Origin: Candidatus Zixiibacteriota bacterium
GTDB taxonomy: Bacteria > Zixibacteria > MSB-5A5 > UM-FILTER-46-8
NCBI GenBank assembly: GCA_014730175.1
Contig: WJIR01000026.1
Span: 1,027 to 65,026, forward strand
Length of the DNA: 64,000 nucleotides
Reading direction: 5' to 3'
The position numbers and the translations under genes are program-made. The notes below the pieces were generated by a model. The model was not told the DNA's origin, did not search any database, and saw nothing but the letters and a program-made list of their open reading frames with translations. Positions 48,932 through 59,170 of this stretch are shown piece by piece; within the stretch, counting starts at the first letter, position 1, and the number at the start of each line of letters is the position of its first letter.

Positions 48932-50011
48932 TTACCGAGTGAACACCGAATCGGCAGTCTTCCCGAATTCATAAGCCGCCGGATACGGATTCTCATTCAC
49001 ATCGAAGAGTGCATAGAAATGAAACCCGTGAGTGGGATTGTCCGATTCGCGCAGCAAAAACCAGCTTGCGAATTCAACTCCGGCATCGGCGAAATCCCTG
49101 AAGAGATAATAAACCGAATCCGCTTGAGCTTGCTTCGCTGTCTCGAGATCATTGTATAACCATACTTTGGTAGCCGCACATTCGGTAATAACGAAACCTT
49201 TGTCCCTGTTATACTGCCAAACCATATTGATTTCTTCGACTATTTCTTTTCGCCCGTACATGTGCATATCCCAGTAATCGAAGCGACAATCCTTTAATGT
49301 ATTCGCCCAGTAATCCAACGTCTCGACATCACAGGCAAGTCCTGCAAGTACACATTTCGCATCGGGATGCTCCGACTTTACAGCGGTATAGAATACGTCT
49401 GTAAAGTATTTGAATTCTTCGATAGTGCCGTTCCAGGCGTTTATGGTGTCATTCGGATTCCAGTTCGGTTCATTGCTGAACTGGTAATAAACCACCTTGT
49501 GACGACAGACACGCGCCATGTATTTCATAGCCTCAGCAAACGTGGTGGAATCTAACGGAGGAAAATCACCCCGTGTCCAGGTGGTTATCTCCGGATGGCC
49601 GGTCATCCAGCCTCTCCGGCAGCGCACCTGAGCCAATATTTCTATATCGTCAGGGATTTGATTTATAATGTCGGGTATATAGCTACTATCTATCACACCC
49701 GGTTCCGGTTCCCAACCTCGCCAATCGATATTGAGTCTGATAACCTCCGGTTTCAGAATCTCATTCATCTCCGAGGTGGGCAGTTGATACATGGTTGTTA
49801 CCCCGCGCTTGAAGTTCGCACCGGGTTCCTCTCCCGGATCTTCACCCGGACCAGGTTCCTCCCCCGGTTCGTTCGGATCGTCCATATAACTATCCCCGTC
49901 CGATGAGTCGAGTACGCCATCTTTGATCGAGCATCCGCTCATTGTTAACATCAAACCTATCGCTGCAATAATCAGAAAATCCCTAAGCATTTTTCCCCCT
50001 CTCGTGTTCAT
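48932..50011 (-). CDS. Lipoprotein glycoside hydrolase, clan GH-A (GH5-like) TIM barrel
   Basis: Lipobox LTMSGCS, an acid/base NEP motif (FSNEPNW) and a nucleophile ITE motif (FVITECA), plus a low-complexity PGEEPG linker. Confidence 0.55.
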   Translation of the reverse strand: MNTRGGKMLRDFLIIAAIGLMLTMSGCSIKDGVLDSSDGDSYMDDPNEPGEEPGPGEDPGEEPGANFKRGVTTMYQLPTSEMNEILKPEVIRLNIDWRGWEPEPGVIDSSYIPDIINQIPDDIEILAQVRCRRGWMTGHPEITTWTRGDFPPLDSTTFAEAMKYMARVCRHKVVYYQFSNEPNWNPNDTINAWNGTIEEFKYFTDVFYTAVKSEHPDAKCVLAGLACDVETLDYWANTLKDCRFDYWDMHMYGRKEIVEEINMVWQYNRDKGFVITECAATKVWLYNDLETAKQAQADSVYYLFRDFADAGVEFASWFLLRESDNPTHGFHFYALFDVNENPYPAAYEFGKTADSVFTR

Positions 50012-50277
50012 ACATCAGATATATAATCAAAACCCGTGCCAGAACCGTTCCCAGCGAGCATTTTAATAATACACTGCGCACCAATGGATTATAAAAAAAC
50101 GGATAAATCATGCTATGTCTGTGGATTCAATAAATGGTCAAATCACGAACGATTCTGTACAAAATCTGAGCATCCAATAAACAACCGGATTATGAAATAA
50201 AATTTTGAATTGACATTACAGCGGTGAAAATGCTATTGTATAATTAGATAATCTATTGTTTTAATCAAGGAGGTTTC

Positions 50278-50688
50278 ATGACTTACAGATTTATATTGTT
50301 GTTGGTACTTACAAGTCTGATGATTTTTGTTGCCGGTTGCGGCGGAGACGAACCGGATCCAGAACCGATTACCGAGGAGCCTGCGCTGGATACAACCGTT
50401 ACTCAGCCCCAGGTGCAGGAGGAACCTAAATACCAAAATCCGACATTCCGGAAGAAAGGTTACGCTGTACAAATCGGATCTTTCAGAGAATATGATAACG
50501 CCAGAGATCTTGCTATCAAGTTTTCCAATCGCGGCTATACTACGTATATTGAGGACGTTGAGGTTATAGGAGAGGGCATCTACCATCGTGTACGTATAGG
50601 AAGTTATCGGACTTCCGGACAGGCGCATAAAATTGGACGTGAAGTCAGAACGAAATACGGCGTGAGATATTGGGTAGATAAAGATTAG
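50278..50688 (+). CDS. SPOR-domain lipoprotein
   Basis: Lipobox FVAGCGG and a C-terminal SPOR domain (YAVQIGSF...YHRVRIGSY). Confidence 0.8.
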   Translation: MTYRFILLLVLTSLMIFVAGCGGDEPDPEPITEEPALDTTVTQPQVQEEPKYQNPTFRKKGYAVQIGSFREYDNARDLAIKFSNRGYTTYIEDVEVIGEGIYHRVRIGSYRTSGQAHKIGREVRTKYGVRYWVDKD

Positions 50689-50703
50689 CGCGAACTATGT
50701 AAC

Positions 50704-51033
50704 ATGAAAACCGAAATAGTTTATAAGAAACAATCTTCTATTATAGCGGCTTGCCTGTGGATGTTCATTATCTCACTGCTGCTGTTCTGGCTGCCGCTGA
50801 TTGGACCGCTAATCGGAGGAATCGTAGGCGGTAAAAAGGCGGGCAATGTAAGTCGGGCTTTTTTAGCCTCCTTATTGCCTGCCATTATCCTGGCGCTTAT
50901 GCTCATCTTGGCTACTGGCAGTTTTGTGCTTCCTCCGGTAGCCGCCTTGTTAGGCGGTGCGGTAATGATCGTCTATATTGTCAATGAATTCGCCCTTATT
51001 GCCGGTGCAATTGTGGGCGGAGCCATGGCATAG
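50704..51033 (+). CDS. Hypothetical small Gly-zipper membrane protein
   Basis: 109 aa with three hydrophobic segments containing GxxxG repeats. Confidence 0.45.
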   Translation: MKTEIVYKKQSSIIAACLWMFIISLLLFWLPLIGPLIGGIVGGKKAGNVSRAFLASLLPAIILALMLILATGSFVLPPVAALLGGAVMIVYIVNEFALIAGAIVGGAMA

Positions 51034-51084
51034 CAGTTCGCAATTATTAAATCACATTAATGATATAATTAGCACAGTTCACGG

Positions 51085-53592
51085 TTAATCCGATAATATT
51101 ATCCCTTCCGGACTCGCATTCAACTTGTAATTCCCCTGTCGATCATTTTCAATAATGCTGGCTGAGGGCGAAATTACACTCTCAATTTCCTTACGCAATC
51201 GATGCAGATAACTCCACTGATTATCGCCATCCTCCAAATCCAGCCGGTGTATCCAGCCGTCTTCGGTCTTAATCAACGATTCGGCCAACCTCGTAAGGTA
51301 TTGATACGATTTGAAAGTTATCAAGATATGTTTACCGTTTATCTCCACTCGGGATTTACCTTGTCCATTGTCCGGGAAGAACCTCAGTGTGCGGATAGCC
51401 GGCTCGTTATCTTCCCTCGTATTTCGCCTATCTTTCATTTTTTTACGCTTGATCTTTGCTTCGCAGGTTTCGATAAGCCGTCTGCGAATACTCTCCGGAA
51501 TCGATTTCGGCAGTTCCGCCTTTCGGGAACCTACATCATCGAAAGTAGCAATACCCGCCTCAAGCAATTCCATGATTCTGTTTCTTCCCAGACCGAATAG
51601 ATTAAGCTGAGAAAGCTGCAAGCCGGAAGCGGGTACCCCGAATCTGACTCTGGCAGCGTATTCTCGAAGTAGACCGGATATCTCTTTTTTGTTGAAGCAT
51701 TTCGCTAATTCGTTGGCAGAAAACAGTAGCCAGCTAAATTGCCGGGCGATATTACTCAATAATCCTGCGCTGAGATAATACCGTTCTTCGAGTTCACGCA
51801 AGCCGATCCCGTCACTCCATTCACTTAATAAATTAGTAAAATACTCCGCTTTTGCTTCCGCAATTGTCTCAAACGGCTTCCCCGCCTCGCCATTGGGATC
51901 TGAGCGATTCGAGTTCAATGCCCGATAGTAAAAAGCGGCGGGAAGCTGAATCTCATCCGCTTCGCTTAAATGCGAAAGCAGCCCTATCCACCTCCGGAAA
52001 TCCTGAAGATTATCACCGGTTTCAATCGCCTTGGACAACTGCAGAGCCGACTTTATCCGAATTCCGGTAACCGCGCATGCCTTACCTAACAGCTTTGGAG
52101 TCAATCTGTTAAACTCGCTTACTATGAGCCCCAAACTATCCAAATCGCCTAAAATATGCTCAACGGGCGCTTCCGGTTTTACATCGATCAACTCGCAGGA
52201 ATCGGTTATCTCTTGTGCGGTATTGTATAAACCGGAAGCAATCATATCCAGAACAGCTTCACTGGATAAAGATAAGGTTTTGAATCGGAACTCATGATTA
52301 TTGTTCTCGATGTACCGGCTCCAGAGCGCTTCCTTTTCGAATTCACTGCTTGCTATAAGTATGGCGCGCCCGAAATTCTCGCCAGCTCCCCATCTTCCGG
52401 CTCTCCCCGCGATCGTGTCAACCGCGGAATAACTCATGGGAACTTCTGCCGGACGAAAATCGGTGACTTCGCGAATAAACTGTACCGGCTCGATAAAAAC
52501 ATTCTTCGCAGGAAGATTAACGCCGGCGCTGAGAGTTGTGGTTGAAAAGAGCAGGCGTATTTCACCGGCTCGAAATCCATCCACAATTATCCACCCCTCG
52601 TCTTCATTCAAATCGGCATTATGGAATGCAATCCCGGATTCGAGACATATCATAAGGTTGCGCGCCAAAGAGGTTTCTTCTAATTCTGACAAATGTTCTA
52701 TAGTATCTTTGGCAGGTGGAAATTGAATTACCGAAGATAATTCCAGCGCCGCATTAACCGTAGCGAATTTGGTTTTAAGAAAAACAATGGTCTGTTCCCC
52801 CTGCATACCAAGTTTGCTTAGCGTATGACACATCCTCGGCGATAATGCCGATTCGGAAAACTCTTCCTCAGAATAAGATTCGAATAACCGCTCGTTTCCG
52901 GTAGAAAAGGAATTGTAATCGGAATACTCAAACCGGTTTCCATGCAAAACGCCTTTTCTCAAATCGATAGGTCTAATATTATCCTTAATTATATTAAAGG
53001 ACTCAAATACCGGAATGCCTTCAAATCCGAAATCCTCTCTGCCTAATCCGATTATCTGTGCCTCATTCAAGGATTTACTTACCTTAGCCAGTATTAAGCG
53101 AACCACCTCCCCCCTTACATTATCACCGAATAAATCTATTTCATCAAATATCAGCGTTTTGGTTGCCGATAGCATGTTGATATTTCGGGTGAGGAATCGG
53201 TTGAATTTCTCATAAATAACAATAGCGATATCGTAGTTACCTTTTACAATATTTTCATCGTCATCGCGGTAGTCCTGAGTAGAAAGAACAATACGGATAC
53301 CGAATGCGGCATATTTCTTACGGAACTCCTCATATTTTTCCACAGCGATAGATCGTAAAGAAGTGAGAAAGACAGCCCTTTTACCGGAAACAGCGGCGGC
53401 TATTGCCGATAATTCGCCGCAAAATGTTTTGCCGGAAGAGGTTGGCGCTAATACCAGTAAATCGGAGTCGAATAATTTACCGGAATTTATCGCCATCTGC
53501 TGAATCCGAAGCAATTCCTTAACACCATTTCTCCGGAATATCTCTACTATCTTCTCCGGTAATCCGAATTTTTGTATACTTTCAATCTTCAT
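51085..53592 (-). CDS. SF2 DEAD/DEAH-box helicase, Ski2/Hel308-like, with HhH and an extra C-terminal domain
   Basis: Motif I APTSSGKT, motif II FDEID, motif V TLSAGVNLPA and motif VI TIAGRAGRWG, plus HhH-like LFGLGRNRIMELLEAG. Confidence 0.8.
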   Translation of the reverse strand: MKIESIQKFGLPEKIVEIFRRNGVKELLRIQQMAINSGKLFDSDLLVLAPTSSGKTFCGELSAIAAAVSGKRAVFLTSLRSIAVEKYEEFRKKYAAFGIRIVLSTQDYRDDDENIVKGNYDIAIVIYEKFNRFLTRNINMLSATKTLIFDEIDLFGDNVRGEVVRLILAKVSKSLNEAQIIGLGREDFGFEGIPVFESFNIIKDNIRPIDLRKGVLHGNRFEYSDYNSFSTGNERLFESYSEEEFSESALSPRMCHTLSKLGMQGEQTIVFLKTKFATVNAALELSSVIQFPPAKDTIEHLSELEETSLARNLMICLESGIAFHNADLNEDEGWIIVDGFRAGEIRLLFSTTTLSAGVNLPAKNVFIEPVQFIREVTDFRPAEVPMSYSAVDTIAGRAGRWGAGENFGRAILIASSEFEKEALWSRYIENNNHEFRFKTLSLSSEAVLDMIASGLYNTAQEITDSCELIDVKPEAPVEHILGDLDSLGLIVSEFNRLTPKLLGKACAVTGIRIKSALQLSKAIETGDNLQDFRRWIGLLSHLSEADEIQLPAAFYYRALNSNRSDPNGEAGKPFETIAEAKAEYFTNLLSEWSDGIGLRELEERYYLSAGLLSNIARQFSWLLFSANELAKCFNKKEISGLLREYAARVRFGVPASGLQLSQLNLFGLGRNRIMELLEAGIATFDDVGSRKAELPKSIPESIRRRLIETCEAKIKRKKMKDRRNTREDNEPAIRTLRFFPDNGQGKSRVEINGKHILITFKSYQYLTRLAESLIKTEDGWIHRLDLEDGDNQWSYLHRLRKEIESVISPSASIIENDRQGNYKLNASPEGIILSD

Positions 53593-53899
53593 ATTGCATC
53601 CGCCTTAAAATACGGCACGGATGTGCCGTTGTCAAGGTGAAAATTAGTAAAATTGAATAAAATTTCGCTTTTTGATACTTTATTTGCTGCAAGCAATAAA
53701 AGATAGGATTTATCCCATACTATTGATGTTATAATTTGATGAGTATTGCAAATACTCACTCCACCTAAGCCACCTAACATACTGTCTAATAATGTATTAA
53801 AGAATCATGACAGATAATCCTCATTTTGGCTTATCGCATGCAATATCATTGATTGAAATAATCAAACGGCATAAAGCCAAGGACACAAGGGGGGAAAAA

Positions 53900-54115
53900 A
53901 TGAGGATGCGTTTCACATTAACTATGGAGAACCTGGTTGTAAACAACAAGCATATTGATAACGTTGTCCTGGACTGGGAAGAAGAAGTCGAACAGGATCA
54001 GGTGATTACCATGTCCCAGGAATGGATAACCACCAAGAATTTTTTAACCGAGAGAATGACTGGCTTGCAGAAGGTCGGAGAATCCTCTCTGACAATCGAA
54101 CCGGTGGAGCAATAG
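53900..54115 (+). CDS. Hypothetical small protein (71 aa from the ATG at 53900 after a GGGGGG RBS)
   Basis: ORF only; no homology recognised. Confidence 0.25.
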   Translation: MRMRFTLTMENLVVNNKHIDNVVLDWEEEVEQDQVITMSQEWITTKNFLTERMTGLQKVGESSLTIEPVEQ

Positions 54116-54164
54116 AAATCGCAAAGTTATATGCCGGCGGGTATGTAAGCTGATTCATAGCTGA

Positions 54165-54350
54165 AATTTAGCCCGTATATTTGACAAACAGATGGTTTAG
54201 ATGCCGAAGGCTTGTCCTTCGGGACCGGAATAGCAATCAAGCGAGCTTTCCAAGGTTCTAAAGTCAGTCTATCTGTCTTCACGGACAGATAAAGTCCCTT
54301 TTCCGGTTTCCGCGGGGCTTCGCTTGATTCTGCGGAGAGTAGTAGTGTAA
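54165..54350 (+). repeat. Structured intergenic element C, related to the repeat family (shares AGCCCGTATA and the CCGAAGG-cttgt-CCTTCGG hairpin)
   Basis: The core hairpin is identical to copy B. Additional nested inverted repeats are AATCAAGCGA/TCGCTTGATT and TATCTGTC/GACAGATA. Confidence 0.45.
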
Positions 54351-54360
54351 GGATGATATA

Positions 54361-54717
54361 ATGGACATTCAGAAATTAACAGAGATTGCCAAACTTAAGG
54401 AATACATAGAAATTAGCGGCTTTTTAAATAGTGGTTTGTACTATATTGACCTGATTGCGGATAGAGTTCAGGATCTATTTACCGAAACATCGGATTCAAG
54501 TAAGCTGTATAGAGCGGCAATAATCGCTTTGCTTATAACTTCGCCTATAATAATCATCAAGAAACTGGTACAGTTTACATTGAAACTGATAATCCCTACC
54601 GCGATTGCAGTTATAGCGCTCGGATATGTCTATCCTCTGCCGCCAGTTCAACATCTTACGGCGTCAGTACTAATCGGATTAACTATCATGTTCATTGTAG
54701 GGAGAAAAAATAAATGA
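54361..54717 (+). CDS. Hypothetical membrane protein (118 aa)
   Basis: Two C-terminal TM helices. Its stop overlaps the start of the next gene (ATGA). Confidence 0.45.
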   Translation: MDIQKLTEIAKLKEYIEISGFLNSGLYYIDLIADRVQDLFTETSDSSKLYRAAIIALLITSPIIIIKKLVQFTLKLIIPTAIAVIALGYVYPLPPVQHLTASVLIGLTIMFIVGRKNK

Positions 54718-54914
54718 GTAAAATCAGGAGGCTATTTTCCAGGCTGGTCGCCCCGGGGGTAAAAGTTAGCTGCCCGATATGCGGAAGTAGCTTCCGAACC
54801 GAATATTCACTCTCGATCTGCCCGTATTGTTTCAGTTCAATCCAATATAAATCGGACCCCACCGAGAAAATCGATGCAAGCGATATTGACACCAAGTCCA
54901 TAACCGACAGATAA
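54714..54914 (+). CDS. Small zinc-ribbon protein (CPICG...CPYC)
   Basis: Two CxxC pairs in 66 aa, translationally coupled to the upstream membrane protein. Confidence 0.45.
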   Translation: MSKIRRLFSRLVAPGVKVSCPICGSSFRTEYSLSICPYCFSSIQYKSDPTEKIDASDIDTKSITDR

Positions 54915-54959
54915 CCGAATCCGTAAAGACTATTAGCCGGTACTATTCAATGAATGAGT

Positions 54960-55090
54960 AGCCCAAGGCTTGCTCTTCGGTGAGTGACATGTTAAACAGC
55001 CGTAGCCCGGGTTTCCCCGACAAATCGGGGCAAGCGGAGAAACCCGACAAGCATTACCTGATGCGGCATAAAACGTCCTCGTTTTACGCT
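54960..55090 (+). repeat. Structured intergenic element D, related to the repeat family (CCGTAGCC and GAGAAACCCGAC modules)
   Basis: Nested hairpin GGGTTTC(CCCCGA-caaa-TCGGGG)...GAAACCC. The GAGAAACCCGAC module is shared with 59138-59152. Confidence 0.4.
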
Positions 55091-55231
55091 ACCGTCCAAA
55101 TTTCCGCATGTTTTCTTCAAAAATCCTGAAACAGATTTTACCCAAACATAATTATAGCAATTACGTATCAAATATCTATATTTGAATATACTAAATTCGC
55201 AGGCATTTTAATTCCTAAAACAGGAGATATA

Positions 55232-56731
55232 ATGAAACGATTTCTGTTAAATTGGTTTATTCTTTGTTTAATTTTGATGGTGTCGATCTCCGCAATTGCT
55301 TTTGATTTCTCGACTGTGGAAGAATCGATTACCGAGTTTACCCTCGATAACGGCCTCAAATTCATTGTTCTGGAACGTCACGAAGCGCCGGTGGCATCCT
55401 TTGTTACCTGGGCGAATATCGGTTCCGCTGATGATCCCAAAGGGTACACCGGATTAGCTCACATGTTCGAACACATGGCTTTCAAAGGCACCACCACCTT
55501 AGGCACCAAGGATATCGATGAAGAACTGGAACTGATCGCTATCGAAGATTCCATCTTTATGGAGCTTCGAGCCGAGAGAAACAAGGGGATTGAAGCCGAT
55601 TCCTCGCGGATAGCCGAATTGGAGGAAGCCTATGAACGCGCCCGGGAAGCATCTTACCAACTGGTGGTTCCCAACGCATTCGGCAATGCGGTCGAACGGG
55701 AAGGCGGCGAAAACTTGAATGCCTTCACCAGTTTCGACCAGACTGCTTATTTTTTCAGCCTGCCATCGAATAAGGTAGAGCTTTGGATGGCGCTGGAATC
55801 GGAGCGATTCCTCAATCCGGTGTTGCGCGAGATGTACAAGGAACGGGATGTGGTCGCCGAAGAGCGCAGAATGCGGATAGAATCACAGCCCTTCGGTAGG
55901 CTTCTGGAGGAGTTTATCGGGCTTGCATTCAAAGCCCATCCATACGGTGTAACCGGAATTGGACACATGTCGGATATCCAGTACTATTCCAGAAAAGAGG
56001 CGGAAGCCTATTTTGAGAAGTATTACAGCCCCGCCAATCTCACGGTTGCCGTCGTGGGCGATGTTAATCCCAAACGAGTCAAAAAACTTGCTAAAGAATA
56101 CTGGGGCAGGATACCGTACCGCCCCGCGCCGGAGAGGATCGCTACGGTGGAACCGGAGCAACTGGGCGAGCGCAGGGTGATACTGGAGGATCCTTCGCAA
56201 CCGATTTATCTGGTTGGATGGCACGTGCCGGAGATAACACATCCGGACCGTCCCGCGCTGGATGCTTTAATCGATTACCTGGGACAGGGAAGAACATCGC
56301 TGCTGTATAAAAATCTGGTTAAGGAAAAGAAGATCGCAGTTCAAATCGGAGCATTTGCAGGTTATCCCGGAGATAAATATCCCACCCTGATGTCCATTTA
56401 TGCCATTCCATCAGCGGGGCATAGCAATCAGGAATGTGAGACCGAGATATTTGCGGAAGTGAAGAAACTCAAGGAAGAGCTTATCTCGACAGAAGAGATG
56501 GAGAAGATAAAAGCGAGGGCGAAAGCAAACTTCATAAACGGTTTGGTAAGTAATATCGGGATGGGGATGCAGTTATGCGCATATCAGCAATACTGGGGCG
56601 ACTGGCGGGAGCTTTTCGATGAACTGGACAGGATTAACGCGGTAACTCCGGAGGATATTCAGCGCGTTGCCAAAAAGTACCTGACCAAGAAGAACCGCAC
56701 GGTAGCAATGATGGAAACCATCGAGAGTTAA
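55232..56731 (+). CDS. M16-family zinc peptidase (insulinase/pitrilysin-like), catalytic subunit
   Basis: Signal peptide and an inverted zinc motif HMFEH...E. Confidence 0.85.
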   Translation: MKRFLLNWFILCLILMVSISAIAFDFSTVEESITEFTLDNGLKFIVLERHEAPVASFVTWANIGSADDPKGYTGLAHMFEHMAFKGTTTLGTKDIDEELELIAIEDSIFMELRAERNKGIEADSSRIAELEEAYERAREASYQLVVPNAFGNAVEREGGENLNAFTSFDQTAYFFSLPSNKVELWMALESERFLNPVLREMYKERDVVAEERRMRIESQPFGRLLEEFIGLAFKAHPYGVTGIGHMSDIQYYSRKEAEAYFEKYYSPANLTVAVVGDVNPKRVKKLAKEYWGRIPYRPAPERIATVEPEQLGERRVILEDPSQPIYLVGWHVPEITHPDRPALDALIDYLGQGRTSLLYKNLVKEKKIAVQIGAFAGYPGDKYPTLMSIYAIPSAGHSNQECETEIFAEVKKLKEELISTEEMEKIKARAKANFINGLVSNIGMGMQLCAYQQYWGDWRELFDELDRINAVTPEDIQRVAKKYLTKKNRTVAMMETIES

Positions 56732-56750
56732 GGTTGGAGGTTGTGATAAA

Positions 56751-58886
56751 ATGATTAAGTACAAATTAGGAATTTACTGCTTGGCGATACTGCTCCTGAT
56801 TGCCAGTAGCGCTTTCTCTCAAAACGTGGAGGAGTTAGAATACCCCAAGCTCAACAAGCTGGAGATCCCGGATGTGGAAAAGGTTTCGCTCAGCAACGGC
56901 TTACGTATCTACATACTGGAAGATCACAGTTTACCGCTTTTCAATGCCCGTCTGCGGATAAACTGCGGATCATACCTGGAACCCGCCGATAAAAGCGGTC
57001 TGGCGGATATCTGCGGAGTTGTGATGCGAACCGGCGGCACATCTAAATATACCGGTGACGAAATCGATGAGATCCTGGAGGGTGTAGGCGGAAGTGTGGA
57101 AACATCGATCGGCAGGACCTCCGGATCAGCTTCGGTAAATGTACTCAGCGAATATAGCGAACTCGGTATCGAAGTGCTGGCTGAAATACTTAGAAGGCCT
57201 GTATTCGATGAAGATAAAATCGAGCTGGCGCAAGTGGAACAACGGTCGGCTATCTCTCGGAGAAATGATGATCCATTCGGTATCGCAAGAAGGGAATACA
57301 GGAAAATTATTTACGGCGAGGAATCTGTATATGCCAGACATGCCGAGTATGCTACTATCAACGCTATTTCCCGCGATGACCTCGTGGATTTCCATGGACA
57401 GTATCTCTATCCCGAAAATATCCAGATAGCTGTATGGGGTGATTTCGAGAAAAAAGATATTATCAATCTTATAAAAAAGTATTTCGGAGATTGGAAACGC
57501 GGTGATACCAGAGTCCCTCCGCTTCCACCGGTGGAATACGACTTCGTTAACAGGATTCATTATATCGAAAAAGAGGACGTAAACCAGTCCAATATCCTCA
57601 TGGGACATATCGGCGGACTGCGCAGCGATGACGATTATGCCGACAGGATTGTGATGAATAGCGTCCTCGGAGGTAGTTTCGGCAGCAGGCTGTTTAACAA
57701 TGTCCGTTCCAAAGAGGGGCTGGCGTATGCGGCTTATGGGGTTTATACCGCTAACGTGGAATATCCCGGTATATTCTACAACTATGTTGCCACCAAATCC
57801 GAAACCACCGGTAAGGCTATCAACGAAGTGATTGAGGAGATAGAAAGAATGCAAACCGATCCTCCTACTGAGGAGGAAATGGAGGTGGCAAAGGGAGGTT
57901 ACCTGAATTCATTTGTCTTCAATTTTGATTCCAAAGCCGAAGTCATACAGCGATTGATGACTTACGATTTCTACGGCTTACCGCATGATTTACTCCAGCG
58001 GGAAAAAGAAAGGGTGGAGAGAGTATCTCCGCAAGATGTGGTTGATGCGGCAAAGGCGAACTTGCACCCGGAGCAAATGCATATTCTCATCGTGGGCAAA
58101 GGCGATAATTTCGATATCTCCCCCGCCGAACTGAACTACGGGCCTGTGGATACTATTGATATCAGCATCCCATCAGGAGAAGCAACCGCCGCTATTGATA
58201 TATCGCCGGAGAAAGTTATAAAGGGTAAGGCATTACTCGCTGAAGCGGTGGAGGCTGTGGGAGGTGAGGACGCTCTCAACAAGGTTGAGTCGATACGGAT
58301 GAAGGGCACATTCAAGCTTATCACTCCACAGGGCGAGATTCCGGTTCCGTATGAACGGCTCTACGAACTGCCCGATAGATATTCCCTCAAGTTCAACATG
58401 ATGGGGCAAAATGTTTACGATATATTCAATCGCGATAAGGGCTGGAATACCGGACCGACCGGGCAAGTGGTTGAAAAAACCGAGGAGGATATCAAACAGG
58501 CAAGAGAGGAAATCGACAGAGAACTGCTTTATATCCTGAAGCAAGCGAACAATCCTGATTATACTCCGGTGTATGATGGTGAAAGGGTGATTGAGGGTGC
58601 GAAAGTGGAATATGTAGCTATTGCCGATAAAGATGGGGAGAGAATCTGCCGCCTCGGGTTCGGCAGCAAAACTCACTTACCTGTATCCAACAGTTATTGG
58701 GGCGAAACTCCCATGGGGGAAGGGAACGTAACCGACACCTATGAATCCTACGATGAGATAAATGGTGTTAAGATTGCCGTAGCTGGAGCGACAATGCTGG
58801 ATGGGAATAAGATTGCAGAATTGCAAGTTTCCGAGGTTGAAATAAATCCGGCGATACCTGAAAACGCGTTCAGCAAACCGGAGTAG
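56751..58886 (+). CDS. M16-family peptidase homologue, probable non-catalytic partner with a C-terminal extension of about 220 aa
   Basis: M16 fold pattern without an HxxEH motif; signal peptide. It sits 20 nt after the catalytic paralogue. Confidence 0.75.
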   Translation: MIKYKLGIYCLAILLLIASSAFSQNVEELEYPKLNKLEIPDVEKVSLSNGLRIYILEDHSLPLFNARLRINCGSYLEPADKSGLADICGVVMRTGGTSKYTGDEIDEILEGVGGSVETSIGRTSGSASVNVLSEYSELGIEVLAEILRRPVFDEDKIELAQVEQRSAISRRNDDPFGIARREYRKIIYGEESVYARHAEYATINAISRDDLVDFHGQYLYPENIQIAVWGDFEKKDIINLIKKYFGDWKRGDTRVPPLPPVEYDFVNRIHYIEKEDVNQSNILMGHIGGLRSDDDYADRIVMNSVLGGSFGSRLFNNVRSKEGLAYAAYGVYTANVEYPGIFYNYVATKSETTGKAINEVIEEIERMQTDPPTEEEMEVAKGGYLNSFVFNFDSKAEVIQRLMTYDFYGLPHDLLQREKERVERVSPQDVVDAAKANLHPEQMHILIVGKGDNFDISPAELNYGPVDTIDISIPSGEATAAIDISPEKVIKGKALLAEAVEAVGGEDALNKVESIRMKGTFKLITPQGEIPVPYERLYELPDRYSLKFNMMGQNVYDIFNRDKGWNTGPTGQVVEKTEEDIKQAREEIDRELLYILKQANNPDYTPVYDGERVIEGAKVEYVAIADKDGERICRLGFGSKTHLPVSNSYWGETPMGEGNVTDTYESYDEINGVKIAVAGATMLDGNKIAELQVSEVEINPAIPENAFSKPE

Positions 58887-59170
58887 GAAAAGGACTACCT
58901 CCCGGGTGCACGCAATCTGCAATCCCCTCCACTGGTTGGTGCCGGACAAGGTCAGCGGACTTAGTGTTAACCTGGATATCGTGCAACGAGGCGTCAGGTC
59001 GCCGCGCCGGCGCTTCTTTTCGTAAGTTTGTACCCCCGTAATGTCGCGTCAGGTCGCCTGACCAGTGCTGCCTAAAATCTTGAAAATGTACCTGGATTGA
59101 ACAGATGTAGGTCGGGTTCGGAACGAACATAGTGAGTGAGAAACCCGACGATTCATTAATCTTATAGTCC

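Noticed and set aside
54165-54350. RNase P RNA / tmRNA / SRP RNA in the structured gaps (also 58887-59332, 12195-12404)
   Set aside because: No RNase P P4/CR motifs, no tRNA-like TTCGAATCC-CCA end and no SRP domain IV motif. The elements are multi-copy, unlike those housekeeping RNAs.
57126-57854. 242-aa minus-strand ORF
   Set aside because: It lies fully antisense within the M16 homologue CDS and is likely a compositional artefact.
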